DNA of 26,143 bases, taken from a virus. Lineage: Duplodnaviria; Caudoviricetes. Positions 1 to 9,873 of this stretch are shown piece by piece. Under the pieces are notes generated by a model. The model saw only the letters and a program-made list of their open reading frames with translations, had not been told where the DNA came from and ran no database searches. Within the stretch, counting starts at the first letter, position 1, and the number at the start of each line of letters is the position of its first letter. Location: positions 1-26,143 of the IMG/VR virus record IMGVR_UViG_3300020043_000588; one strand, 5' to 3'. A program made the translations under genes and the position numbers.

Positions 1-2
1 CC

Positions 3-2069
3 GCGCTCTCTATTGCTGTGCGTTGTGAAGACGGACAACTGGCGATCCATAAAATCTCCCGCGACCATCCTGACTACAGTGCGGCAGATACCGAAGCTAA
101 GGCGGCTGAGACCAAAGGCCCCTACACATGCGAGTGGTATCGGGACAACAACCCATCCCTGTGCGAGGGATGCGAACACAAGATTTCTACACCTATCCTG
201 TTGGGTAAGTTTGTAGAAGCGGCACCGGTTGAAGACGACCAGTACATCATTGAAACGCCCGAAGACGAATCGGCACCGGCACTCACAACGTCGATACCGG
301 CTTACCCATACCCATACTTTCGTGGTGCGGCAGGTGGCGTGTACAAGAAGGAACGTACCCCCGATGGTGAGGAGAAGGACGTTGAAATCTACCCGTATGA
401 CCTATATCTAACAGAGCGTTTCTTTGACTCGGATACGCATGGCAACGGCGAAGGCGAGATGGTGGGACTGTGCCTACACATGAAGCAGGACGGTGTACGC
501 AGGTTCTACGCCCCAGTGACTACATTGTTCACTAAAGACAAAATGCGTGACTTGCTGATTAAGAACGGCGTAGTCGCATACGGAAAACACTTGGATGCAA
601 TCATGGCATATTTTGCTTCGACATTACGCAAGCTGCAATCGCAGTACGCTGCGAACAAAACACGTAGCCAAATGGGATGGACACCTGACGGGCTTGGCTT
701 CGTCGTGGGTGAGTTGGAATACACAGCGGCAGGCTCTAAGCTTGCACCCCCTTCTAGCGGCACACGGGAACTGGCTGAAGCGTTTAAGGCTACCGGTACA
801 TTGGAGGAGTGGAGTTCAATTGCCAACTTCTACAACCGCCCCGGCCTTGAGACACACGCACTGGCTTTGTTTTTTGGTTTTGGTTCACCCTTACTGAAGT
901 TCATTGGCCCCAAGCAGAACGTGAAGGGCGCACAGATTCACCTGAAGCACAACGGCTCTGGCTCTGGCAAGTCAACTGCGCAGATGGTGGCTAACTCTAT
1001 CTTTGGTAATCCCGACACGTTGTTGATGAAGAAGGAAGATACCTACGCTTCCAAGATGCACATGCTTGGCATGGTGAACAGCATTGTGTTTACGGTGGAC
1101 GAGATCACCAATGAGAAGCCTGAAGTGCTGTCTGACTACGCTTATGGGTTCACCTCAGGGCGAGGCAAGCACCGTATGGAAAATCAGGCCAACAAGTTGC
1201 GTATCAACAATACAACGTGGTGCAACTTCACACTTACCTCAGGCAATGCGTCAGTCGTGGACATGTTGCAGAGCATAAAGAGTACGGCAGATGGCGAGCT
1301 TCGTCGAGTGTTGGAGATTCCGTTCCACACATACACGGGCGCTACCAAGGCGGAGATTGATGCGGTGTTCAGCAAGCTGAGCGCTAACTACGGCGTGGCA
1401 GGGCCGATCTACATTCAGTACATCATCGACAACCCTGAGAAAGTCCAGACCCTGCTGACCAACATGCAAGCCAAGGTGGACAAAGCGTTGGGCTTAGACC
1501 AGACAGACCGTTTCTATTCTTGTTTATTGACTTGCGCTTTTGTTGGCGCGCTGATTGCCAAGAAGCTTGGCCTGTTTGATATTGACATCCCACGCATCTA
1601 TCAGTATGCACTGGGCGTGGTGGGCGATGCACGTATTGCAAACCAGTCTAACATCGGCAGTTCCTTGACAGTTGCCATCGAGACACTCGGTGCCTTCATC
1701 AACGAGAACGTCAACAACGCAATGGTAGCGGCATATACCCCCAAGGGTGGCTTGCCCGAGCGTCCCGCTGTGATGCCGAAAGGGCAACTGCGTATGCGAT
1801 ACGACCCAGATACCAGAACATTGGCTATCCCCGTGGCTGAGTACCGCAAGTTCTTTACCGCACGTCAAGTGGACGTCAGGGAGAGTCTGGCTAATCTGGC
1901 CGCCGCTAAGTACATGAAGTATGACGGCAAGTCACACCCAACGCGTATTGGCGCAGGGGCAGTAGGTGGGCTTAGTGGTATTGCAGTACGCTGCTACATC
2001 TTTGATGGAGACGCAATTGGCATCGACGAAACGGCCTTCACGCAAGACGAAATCGCGGCGGGCATCTAA
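3..2069 (+). CDS. DUF927-containing primase/helicase (superfamily 3/Cch-like ATPase), 5'-truncated by window edge
   Basis: Frame is open from position 3 (ALSIAVRCED...). Contains QMGW...FVVG DUF927-type segment, Walker A GSGSGKST, Walker B VFTVDEIT, G.GK.R and arginine-finger-like GELRRVLE. N-terminal Cys cluster PYTC-x10-CEGC. Confidence 0.85.
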   Translation, partial: ALSIAVRCEDGQLAIHKISRDHPDYSAADTEAKAAETKGPYTCEWYRDNNPSLCEGCEHKISTPILLGKFVEAAPVEDDQYIIETPEDESAPALTTSIPAYPYPYFRGAAGGVYKKERTPDGEEKDVEIYPYDLYLTERFFDSDTHGNGEGEMVGLCLHMKQDGVRRFYAPVTTLFTKDKMRDLLIKNGVVAYGKHLDAIMAYFASTLRKLQSQYAANKTRSQMGWTPDGLGFVVGELEYTAAGSKLAPPSSGTRELAEAFKATGTLEEWSSIANFYNRPGLETHALALFFGFGSPLLKFIGPKQNVKGAQIHLKHNGSGSGKSTAQMVANSIFGNPDTLLMKKEDTYASKMHMLGMVNSIVFTVDEITNEKPEVLSDYAYGFTSGRGKHRMENQANKLRINNTTWCNFTLTSGNASVVDMLQSIKSTADGELRRVLEIPFHTYTGATKAEIDAVFSKLSANYGVAGPIYIQYIIDNPEKVQTLLTNMQAKVDKALGLDQTDRFYSCLLTCAFVGALIAKKLGLFDIDIPRIYQYALGVVGDARIANQSNIGSSLTVAIETLGAFINENVNNAMVAAYTPKGGLPERPAVMPKGQLRMRYDPDTRTLAIPVAEYRKFFTARQVDVRESLANLAAAKYMKYDGKSHPTRIGAGAVGGLSGIAVRCYIFDGDAIGIDETAFTQDEIAAGI

Positions 2070-2355
2070 GCCTAAAAAGGTCAAGAAGGTTACGCCGGTC
2101 AAACCGGCTAAGCCGCCCAAGCCAAAACCCGAGATTACGTTTGACATCCGAGTACTCACCCTTCACGGGGTTGAGTACTACATACAGTGGGAGAAGCTGG
2201 AGGTGGGGGCGTCGTTCTTCCTGCCGACTACTGCAACGCCCGTACAAGTGCGAGCCGCCATAGCCCCCGCATCTAAGTTCTTTAAGCTTAAATTCGAAGT
2301 ACGCTCCCGCTGTGAATACGGGAGGTACGGGGCTAGGGTTTGGCGCGTTTACTGA
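2005..2355 (+). CDS. Small phage protein with Lys/Arg/Pro-rich N-terminus and WEKLEVGASFF...GARVWR domain (possible DNA-binding)
   Basis: C-terminal half resembles a common phage family (xEVGxSFF...GxRVWR). Start is uncertain: GTG 1966, ATG 2005, or TTG 2017 (GGAG 6 nt upstream). Confidence 0.7.
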   Translation: METQLASTKRPSRKTKSRRASKPKKVKKVTPVKPAKPPKPKPEITFDIRVLTLHGVEYYIQWEKLEVGASFFLPTTATPVQVRAAIAPASKFFKLKFEVRSRCEYGRYGARVWRVY

Positions 2356-5300
2356 GCCTTGCGAAGTTCTGTTTTAGCTTCGCGCAACCAGCGTGTGAAC
2401 TCAATTTCCATCTTCTTGATTTCGTTAAGTTCTGACTCGCGCTCTTCCTTACTCATATCTTTGGCCCCATCAGGGCTGTTCAAGAACTTACGGTAAGCGC
2501 GAGTGCGTTCAAGCTGCTCAAGCGTGGAGTTAATTGCACCTTCCATCTGCAGTTCCATTGCATGCTCGTTAGCATAGGTCTCTGCCCGCTCAATATCTGT
2601 CTTCATCAGTTGACGCAGGGTGTTGTTGGCTTTACCAACCTTTTCCCGTTCGTCGTAGAACTCGGTCAAACTACGAGTACCAACTGGGTCATACATGTAG
2701 TTGCTCAACAGCGCATATTTGTGCAGTGGGCGGTCGATTCGCGTTGGGTTCAGCAAGCTGTCCGTAGTCATTGTCACGAGCGCGGCGGTAGAACCGAAGT
2801 AGCCATTCAGCATGTTGTCGATCTGGATGGGAGACACGGCATCAACACCAACCACGTCACGGCTAAAGTTAGAAATGGCTTGTGCCAACTCAGATGTCTT
2901 AGACGTTACACGCATGCTGGGGTCTTGCTGCTTTTGGTAGATACCTTCCAGTTCGCGCCCTGTGAAGAACGAGTAGTTTGTCCATGCTTCAATCAAAGGC
3001 TTGACCGCTTGTGGGATTGGCACAGTGCGCTCAATGTACTGCTCGGACATGTACTTCATGGATGCGCGGATAGCTTCCAAGGCCGTCTGTTCTTCTGGCG
3101 TGCCAGAGCGACGCAAGTACTCAATCACAGTCTCAGGAATTACCTTGAAGATAGCGCCCAGTTCGCCCGGCACAGGAATCTTGAACCCGCCGGGAAGAAT
3201 CCAGTTACCGTTGCGGGTACGCAAGTCCATGTCCTTGTAGTCTTCGTCGTCACCTGCAATCAACGCATACATGGCACTCAAAGCGGCTACGGTACCTGCG
3301 CGGCTCCAGAACAATTGGCGGGCTTGCGCACGACCAACGGAAGAGCTTGAATCCTTGCCAGATGCTGCGCGGTACAGAACGTCCATACCTTGCATGTATG
3401 CATTAAAGAACGGAATAGTGGCAGTGCCAACGGCAACAATCTCACTGGCTCCACGGCGACGGAAGTTGATAAACTCGCGGGCACGGGTCTGTGCCAGCAG
3501 CCTGTCTTCGTTGCTTTCTTTTAGCGTCTGGTCGTAGATGGCTTTACGAACGGCCAAGTCAGATGCGCGGGTAATACCATCGAGGCGGTGCAGGATTGTG
3601 CCCAGTGTTTTAGACCCTGCAACTTCCCGCTGGCGGTAGCCTAAGTCTTTCAGTAAAGACACGGCAGGTTTGCCTTGCTCAAAGTCGTACTCACCAGTCA
3701 GACCAAGCGCACCAAACTCCTTGACGATCGGATGCTGGATGCCACGCAGTTCAGCCACTGCCAGCTTGCCAAAGTTGGCCAACGACATACGCAGCAAAGC
3801 GCCGGGGTTCTTCACACCGGATGTGAGCATCGCACGCTGTACGTCATCCGTTACCTGTTTCAAGGCAAACGGCGGCAAGATTGTGACTGACTTACGCAAG
3901 ATGTTAGAGAAGGCACCTAGTGTGCGCATGATTGCCATCTTGGGTGGGTTCAAGTCTTGGAAGGCCGCTACGTCATAATGCGATGGCAACTCCCAATACA
4001 TAGCTTCGCCGCCAACATACGCTTTAGCGGTTTTACCTTCGGTACCGGGCACGCGAGACGCCTTACCGGTAAAGCCTAAGTCTTCCAACCCACGCAGTGT
4101 TTGCACACGCGCATCGTTGTTCATGACCTGACCGACCATCCAGCCCATTGTGTTCAGGTAGTTCTCAAACACGTTGCCAACGGGACGCTTGAACGAGCCA
4201 ACCAACTCAGGGTCTTTAGTCAGCGCCAGTGGGGAGCGACCAGTTGTTTTCTTGATCGTGGAGAACTTCTTTTCAAAATCCTCAATACGGTCAAATGGCA
4301 CGTAACCTACGACAGACTTCCACTCTTCAGCTTTTTCTTTTGACAGGCGGCCAACATCAACCATCTTGTCAATCAAAGCCAAACGAGGTTTATCCATAGC
4401 AGCATTCATTTTTGCAAATGCTGGGTCTGAGTTGTACTCAGCAACCAATACGGCGCGGTCGCGGTCTGAAATGTGTTTAGGAAAGTCTGGGTTAGCTTTG
4501 AGAACTTCATCCAAACGCTTGGCTTCCAGTACACGGCTTGCAAACTGCTCGGCTTCTTCGTTGGTACGGCCTGTCTTTTTGCCCCATGCATAGATAAGGG
4601 GGAATACATCGGCAGGAGCACCGTCAGCCGTGCCTATTGCACGGTACAAACCAGTCTCTTTGTCTTTAGTAAGCGCGCCTTTTTGGAAATACTCCAATAG
4701 GATTTTGCTGTAGTCCTGAGCCTGACGATACAGCCCCATGGGGTTTAGCTTGCCTAACGAGTTACGCACCGCACCATTGAATGTACGGCTAAACTTTTCT
4801 TCAATTGCAGCGGCAGAATCAACAGCCGCAACGCGGAACTTAACGCCCCTAGATGGATCGCCTTCTTTCTCAGACCCAATAAGCATTTCTTTAACGCCGC
4901 GCTTGTTTATTGGCGTCAGTGGGCCTAAGGAGTTAACGACGTCTTGCGCGGAGTAGGACTTAGAGAATGCTACTTTTGGTGCGTTTTCAGTTCCGGCTAC
5001 GCCAGTTCCTGTTTCGGCAATCTGCATTTGCCGTCCGCTAGTCATGATGTTGTCTACGGAAATCATGGCTGCAGCCAGTGACGTATGCGTATCTGTAGGT
5101 GCCAAACCTAACACTTGCAAAACACGTCGGGCAAACTCAGTGAACGCATTGGTGCGGCGGTATGGAATCTTTTGCAAGACCGCTTGGAAATTCTTGTTAG
5201 ACATAGCCTCTGCCGCAAACTCGCTGACATTCGTCATGCCGTATGTTTTGAGCGCAGCTGGATCGGTCTTGGCCACGTGGTCGTACAGCTCTTGCAAAGC

Positions 5301-7994
5301 ACGGACACCGGCGTTGTTGGTCTTGCCAGCAAGATGCGATTCGATAGCACGATGCGTAAAGCCGTGAATAACTTCGTGAAGTAGTGTGTATGCACCTACG
5401 TACCCATCAACCAACGAAATTGTGTCGCTCACAGCATCATATTGACCGGCAACAACACTTCCGTCATCGGCTTTGCCCAAGTCACCTTCCGCAACTACTT
5501 GAACAGTTGGTAGTTTAGAACTCAACAAAATACGACGGGCTACCGCACGATCGAGCTCGTTGTACAGCCCTTCCGGCGCTGATAATATTGACTGCAGTGC
5601 GCCGCGTATATCACCGTTTGCGACACGTTCTTGCAGGGTGGCCTCGGATAACGTGGTTTTTTCTGCGTAAGAAACTTCTGCTTTTGGTTTGTCTTTTGTT
5701 GCAGCTTCCGCTTTAGCTTTGATTGCTTTGTATTTGGCAATTACATCAAATGGGCTTACAGGCTTTTGCGCAACTTCAGGTTCAGGAACTGCTTTAGCTT
5801 TAGCTTTTGCTGCAGGCTTCTCAGTCTTTGGTGGCTCTTTTGGACTTGGAATATTTTTTGCCGCGTCAGCTTTAGACCTATTTTCTTTCTGTTGGCGTTC
5901 GACTTCTTCCAAGCCGCGCTTGATGTCTTCAGCTTCCGCCTTGCGTGCGGCTTCCTCTTCAGCGGTCTCTATTTCTACAGCTTCAGGAGCGACAGCAGGA
6001 GCCGGTGCTTGACCCTTTTTGGCAACGGGAGCCTTAGGAGTTGGCTTAGCAGCCACCGGTGGTCGCGCAACAGGCGCGGCAGGGGCAGCAGCAAGAGGAG
6101 TAGGAGCAGTAGTTGTAGGCGCATTTAGTGCAGGCTGAGCCTCTCCCGTAACAGCAACTCCCGTGCCAGCAAGTTGTCCAGCAGGTGCCAGTCCGAGTCC
6201 GTCAGGTGTTGCAGGTGCTCCGGCGGGGGCGGGTACTCTGGTTCGGGGTTGTACAAGTTCGGCGCTGGTAAGCTCACTAGGTACTCCCACGCTTGGCTCA
6301 CCTCGTCTGGGCTGAGGTCTTGGCTTAGGCAGATTCGTCTCGGTAGTGGTCGTGACACTTGGTTCCTCCTTAAACCCTTCAGGTACGGGCGCAGTCAAGT
6401 ATTTCAATATTTGAGCGCGAGAGCCTTTACCCAGCAATAAGTCTGGGTCGTTGCCAACAAGCACTTGGATTTCCGCAGGAGTTTTACCGACTACGTTTTG
6501 TTCCAGCCATGGTTTAGATGTGCGCAGGGGGACACCAATGTCCTCCAAGTCTTGCATTGTGACTTCAGTTGGGCGTGCCGGTATTGTCAAGTTCCGGTTT
6601 ACATTTCTTTCTTCAGGCACGTTACGCAACGGCAGTCGATACTGGCCACCCTTGCGCTCTTGTTCTTTCTGGGCAATATCAGCGGCAGTTTGCGCTTCGG
6701 TCTCTTCCAGCCTACGGCGGGCTTCTTCCTGTTCACGAGTCAGGCGTCTAACAGGCTCTGGTATTGCAGTATCCGGACGAACTACTTCAAGCTCAGGGAA
6801 CAAACTCTCTTGTGCAGGCTCTGCTGCAAGGCCGGGAAACATATCCCGAGTTTCTGTATCTACTTGTTTTTCAGCGCGGATACTTGCAACTTCCTGCTCA
6901 CTGAAGTCCAACAACTGCTTGTTTAGCTCTGCAATACGGGTTTTACCTTCAGCAGTTTGTGGCTGCTGCTTGAGTGTTTCACGTTCTTTGACAAGGTCTG
7001 CGTATTCACGCTGGAAATCTAAACCAAGATCAAGTTGTTCACCTTGGGGCGCTGTGATCGCAGGCTGGATGGCCGGTTCTTTAGCTTCTGGAACGCGCTT
7101 ACCCATCTCCTCATCCGTAAACAAGGCACCTTGCGTACCTACTGGCGCTTCGGGGGTAATCTGTGGGCCGGGTTGGGCGGGTGGTGGAGGTGGTGGGGTA
7201 GATGCTCCTCTTGCACGACGACCTAATGCTAAGTCCATCAGGCCTTGAACGATAGCACCAGTGGCTCCGCCGTATGCGGCTTGTTCGCCCAAGCCTTCAA
7301 TGAGTGCTTGTTCCGGTTTGTAGATGCCTTTGGCAATCATGTTTTGCGCTAAGCCTGACGCGGCTTCCTGCGCAGCTTCTTCACCGCCAGCTAAAAGCGC
7401 ACGCTTAATTGTCTGTACAGCCGAGGCTGTGGCACCTTCAGGGATACGAGCCAAGATACGGAACGGCGCAAACGCTTCTGCCGCGCCGGGAATAATACCT
7501 AAGGCGGTGGCCGTACCGCGTTGTTCTGCGGTAGCACCTTCAGTCTCGGCACGGGTACGTGCTTCACCGGCACCGGCGCCAACACCCAGACCTACAGCTG
7601 CGGCACGCCCTGCCAGACCTAAAGGGCCAGCAGCAAGAAACGGAATTGTTGAACCAACGGCTTCGCTTAATTTACGGGGGATAGATTCTTCGTATCCGGG
7701 GGCTGCAGCAAACGGTTCTTTAACGGCGGTAGCTACCGATTTAATCTTTTCCCGGGCAGACTTTTCCATGTCCTCGGGCAGCAATGCTGATGCGCCTGTA
7801 GCGGCACTTTCTACTAGCCCAACCGCACCGGGCACAAGGCCCTTAAACAGCTCTTTAGCTCCACCCAGCATGGTGGTTTCTGGGGCCCCTAAATCGGGGA
7901 ACTGCTGGCGTATTATTGCAGCGGCTTTGTCTTTGGAAAGATCGTCGGGAAATTCAACTGTCCGACCGTCAGGCAAAGCTACTGTATACGCCAT
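2349..7994 (-). CDS. Large polyvalent/internal virion (ejection) protein with zincin metallopeptidase (HExxH) and LPD38-like C-terminal domain
   Basis: 1881 aa. GAGG RBS upstream. TLLHEVIHG at 5364-5378 with downstream EFAAEA. C-terminal KIPVPGELG...KPLIEAWTNYSFFTGR...TSELA...SPIQIDNMLNGYFG resembles LPD38. N-terminal Gly/Ala-rich hydrophobic region. Confidence 0.8.
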   Translation of the reverse strand: MAYTVALPDGRTVEFPDDLSKDKAAAIIRQQFPDLGAPETTMLGGAKELFKGLVPGAVGLVESAATGASALLPEDMEKSAREKIKSVATAVKEPFAAAPGYEESIPRKLSEAVGSTIPFLAAGPLGLAGRAAAVGLGVGAGAGEARTRAETEGATAEQRGTATALGIIPGAAEAFAPFRILARIPEGATASAVQTIKRALLAGGEEAAQEAASGLAQNMIAKGIYKPEQALIEGLGEQAAYGGATGAIVQGLMDLALGRRARGASTPPPPPPAQPGPQITPEAPVGTQGALFTDEEMGKRVPEAKEPAIQPAITAPQGEQLDLGLDFQREYADLVKERETLKQQPQTAEGKTRIAELNKQLLDFSEQEVASIRAEKQVDTETRDMFPGLAAEPAQESLFPELEVVRPDTAIPEPVRRLTREQEEARRRLEETEAQTAADIAQKEQERKGGQYRLPLRNVPEERNVNRNLTIPARPTEVTMQDLEDIGVPLRTSKPWLEQNVVGKTPAEIQVLVGNDPDLLLGKGSRAQILKYLTAPVPEGFKEEPSVTTTTETNLPKPRPQPRRGEPSVGVPSELTSAELVQPRTRVPAPAGAPATPDGLGLAPAGQLAGTGVAVTGEAQPALNAPTTTAPTPLAAAPAAPVARPPVAAKPTPKAPVAKKGQAPAPAVAPEAVEIETAEEEAARKAEAEDIKRGLEEVERQQKENRSKADAAKNIPSPKEPPKTEKPAAKAKAKAVPEPEVAQKPVSPFDVIAKYKAIKAKAEAATKDKPKAEVSYAEKTTLSEATLQERVANGDIRGALQSILSAPEGLYNELDRAVARRILLSSKLPTVQVVAEGDLGKADDGSVVAGQYDAVSDTISLVDGYVGAYTLLHEVIHGFTHRAIESHLAGKTNNAGVRALQELYDHVAKTDPAALKTYGMTNVSEFAAEAMSNKNFQAVLQKIPYRRTNAFTEFARRVLQVLGLAPTDTHTSLAAAMISVDNIMTSGRQMQIAETGTGVAGTENAPKVAFSKSYSAQDVVNSLGPLTPINKRGVKEMLIGSEKEGDPSRGVKFRVAAVDSAAAIEEKFSRTFNGAVRNSLGKLNPMGLYRQAQDYSKILLEYFQKGALTKDKETGLYRAIGTADGAPADVFPLIYAWGKKTGRTNEEAEQFASRVLEAKRLDEVLKANPDFPKHISDRDRAVLVAEYNSDPAFAKMNAAMDKPRLALIDKMVDVGRLSKEKAEEWKSVVGYVPFDRIEDFEKKFSTIKKTTGRSPLALTKDPELVGSFKRPVGNVFENYLNTMGWMVGQVMNNDARVQTLRGLEDLGFTGKASRVPGTEGKTAKAYVGGEAMYWELPSHYDVAAFQDLNPPKMAIMRTLGAFSNILRKSVTILPPFALKQVTDDVQRAMLTSGVKNPGALLRMSLANFGKLAVAELRGIQHPIVKEFGALGLTGEYDFEQGKPAVSLLKDLGYRQREVAGSKTLGTILHRLDGITRASDLAVRKAIYDQTLKESNEDRLLAQTRAREFINFRRRGASEIVAVGTATIPFFNAYMQGMDVLYRAASGKDSSSSVGRAQARQLFWSRAGTVAALSAMYALIAGDDEDYKDMDLRTRNGNWILPGGFKIPVPGELGAIFKVIPETVIEYLRRSGTPEEQTALEAIRASMKYMSEQYIERTVPIPQAVKPLIEAWTNYSFFTGRELEGIYQKQQDPSMRVTSKTSELAQAISNFSRDVVGVDAVSPIQIDNMLNGYFGSTAALVTMTTDSLLNPTRIDRPLHKYALLSNYMYDPVGTRSLTEFYDEREKVGKANNTLRQLMKTDIERAETYANEHAMELQMEGAINSTLEQLERTRAYRKFLNSPDGAKDMSKEERESELNEIKKMEIEFTRWLREAKTELRKAQ
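6125..6358 (-). CDS. Putative nested (+1 frame) 77-aa protein inside the polyvalent protein gene
   Basis: Perfect SD TAAGGAGG (6365-6372) 6 nt before GTG. Protein-like helix-Pro loop-helix sequence. The host frame here is a low-complexity linker. Confidence 0.6.
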   Translation of the reverse strand: MSRPLPRRICLSQDLSPDEVSQAWEYLVSLPAPNLYNPEPEYPPPPEHLQHLTDSDWHLLDNLLARELLLRERLSLH

Positions 7995-8002
7995 GTGTTA
8001 CC

Positions 8003-9844
8003 TCATTCAATTTTACCCGTTTTGGGGTTGTACTTCAAACTGGTTCCGCTAGGGCTTGCTGCGCTAGGGGCTACTGCCATTGTACTAAGACCCGCCATTT
8101 TTGCAATCTCAGCGTTAACAATACCCAACTGGCGACGCAATTCATCTCCGGCTTTACCCATCATGCGGGGTTCCTTGAGTTGATCTTTTAAGCTGGTTTG
8201 CAAAGCTTTGAGTTCCGCTAATTGTTGTCTATCGCCAGTTCCAGACCCAGACGCACGAAGTTTAGCTGCCTCAACCCTTGCCGCAGCATTATCGGCAGCA
8301 ATTTGTTTGCTTGTAGCAGTCCGCTCGTCGGTAGCAATCAAGCTTGTACCGGACTGTTCCGCCTGACGTTTGTCTGCAATTGCATCTTTAATAGCCGCTT
8401 CGCCAGCCGCCGCAGCTTTGTATTTGCCTTCAAGTTTGAGCTTAGCCACTTCGTCGCGCATAGCGCCAATTTCGTCAAAGAACTTGAGGTCTTCGGCAGA
8501 GTAGCCCTTGCGGGTAGATTCGGCAGCGGAACCCATTTGATTCAACAAAGTACCAAGGCCGCCGCGAACTGGCTTACCAGCAGCAGACAAAGCCTCAACC
8601 CATGTAGGAGTGCGTTCGCCTTGAAGCTTTTTAAGCATGGCTTCACGTTCCGCAATTCGGGCTTCACGTGGTTGCAGGAGTTTGTCTATGCCGACAAAAT
8701 CTTCGTAGCGTTTACTGCCTTTACGCCATTCCTCGTCTTCATCTTTACCAAGCTCTTTGCGAATGTTGGCTTCAATAAGTGCACGCAGGCTGTTTGGATC
8801 AAGTGCTGCCGCAGGCGCGGCGGGTCCACCGACGCTAGGTCTACCAGCTCCACTTCCGGCGGGGCTTGCGTCGTCTGGAGAAGCGCCAGTTATGCGTTTT
8901 CTTGGGACCAAATCGGGGTTTGTGCTTTGGCCGGTCTGCGCCCTAGCAGCAGCTAAGCGCTTAAGCTTTTCTACTTCGGGGTCGGAATACGCCGCTGTGG
9001 ATGCAGAAGACGCCTCAGAAGCGGGAGCGCGCTCACGATCACCCATGCCGCTTAGCGCGGCTAACAAACCACGAACGCCGCCAGAAAATCCTTTAGCGGC
9101 ACTAGCGCCGGGCATTGCAGCCATGGCATTGCTAATGTTGCGTTCGGCTTCCCCGGGCATACGTCCGGTAGATGCCGGGGCTTGTTGGCCACCAGTTGGA
9201 ATTTGCGAAATCAAAGCTTGGCGACGAATTTCGTCTTCGGCTTCCGCGAGGCGTGCGGCCTGTTTACGGGCAACATAATCAGCGCCTTGTTGTTGGAGCG
9301 TGTACTGCTCAAGCTTTTTCTTTATGTCTTCGTCCTCAACCTTACTTTCATCTTCGCCATTAAACGCAACAATACCGCCGCCGTTGTAGTGCCGCCCAAG
9401 GTTAGATATGAGGTCAGCAATGCTTCCACCACTAGCAGCCATCACAGGCTGTCCTTGTGGGGCGGGGGGTTGACCTTGTGGGGGTTGACCTTGTGGGGGT
9501 TGTGGTGGGCCACCTTGGGGACCTTGCGGCATAGGAGGCTGCCCTTGCTGCTCGGGCATACCTTGCGCCATTTGTGGCATCTGTGGGGGTTGACCTTGCT
9601 GACGCTGGTCGGCGGCCAACATCTGGCGTAGCTTTTCAACAACTGACGGCTGAGCGCCACCAGCCTGCATAGCCTGCTGGTTCTGTGCCCCATTACGGAT
9701 TTCAGTAATTTTTTGAAGTGCCATAGCTTCTTCCAAATCTGGAGGGATTGCACCGGGCGGTTGGCCTTGCTGGTCTTTTTTCACTTTTGCTTCTAAAGGC
9801 GCTGGGTTGCCCATAAACGCATCAACAAGTTGTTCAATACCCAT
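8003..9844 (-). CDS. Putative internal virion/DNA ejection protein (Q/P-rich N-terminus, coiled-coil C-terminus)
   Basis: 613 aa, AAGGA RBS, position directly before the large polyvalent protein, MAASGG/YNGGG motifs, helical charged C-terminal half. Confidence 0.7.
   Translation of the reverse strand: MGIEQLVDAFMGNPAPLEAKVKKDQQGQPPGAIPPDLEEAMALQKITEIRNGAQNQQAMQAGGAQPSVVEKLRQMLAADQRQQGQPPQMPQMAQGMPEQQGQPPMPQGPQGGPPQPPQGQPPQGQPPAPQGQPVMAASGGSIADLISNLGRHYNGGGIVAFNGEDESKVEDEDIKKKLEQYTLQQQGADYVARKQAARLAEAEDEIRRQALISQIPTGGQQAPASTGRMPGEAERNISNAMAAMPGASAAKGFSGGVRGLLAALSGMGDRERAPASEASSASTAAYSDPEVEKLKRLAAARAQTGQSTNPDLVPRKRITGASPDDASPAGSGAGRPSVGGPAAPAAALDPNSLRALIEANIRKELGKDEDEEWRKGSKRYEDFVGIDKLLQPREARIAEREAMLKKLQGERTPTWVEALSAAGKPVRGGLGTLLNQMGSAAESTRKGYSAEDLKFFDEIGAMRDEVAKLKLEGKYKAAAAGEAAIKDAIADKRQAEQSGTSLIATDERTATSKQIAADNAAARVEAAKLRASGSGTGDRQQLAELKALQTSLKDQLKEPRMMGKAGDELRRQLGIVNAEIAKMAGLSTMAVAPSAASPSGTSLKYNPKTGKIE
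9465..9502. repeat. 15-bp tandem repeat (gggggttgaccttgt x ~2.5) encoding PQGQP units
   Basis: Direct repeat read in the sequence; a further partial copy lies near 9585-9598. Confidence 0.7.
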
Positions 9845-9873
9845 GATGATTCCTTCTGATAACTGTGCTCATT

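Noticed and set aside
2562-8956. Long plus-strand ORFs (2562-3350, 6451-7248, 7324-8052, 8222-8956)
   Set aside because: Antisense shadows of the minus-strand genes, with no RBS or protein-like motifs.
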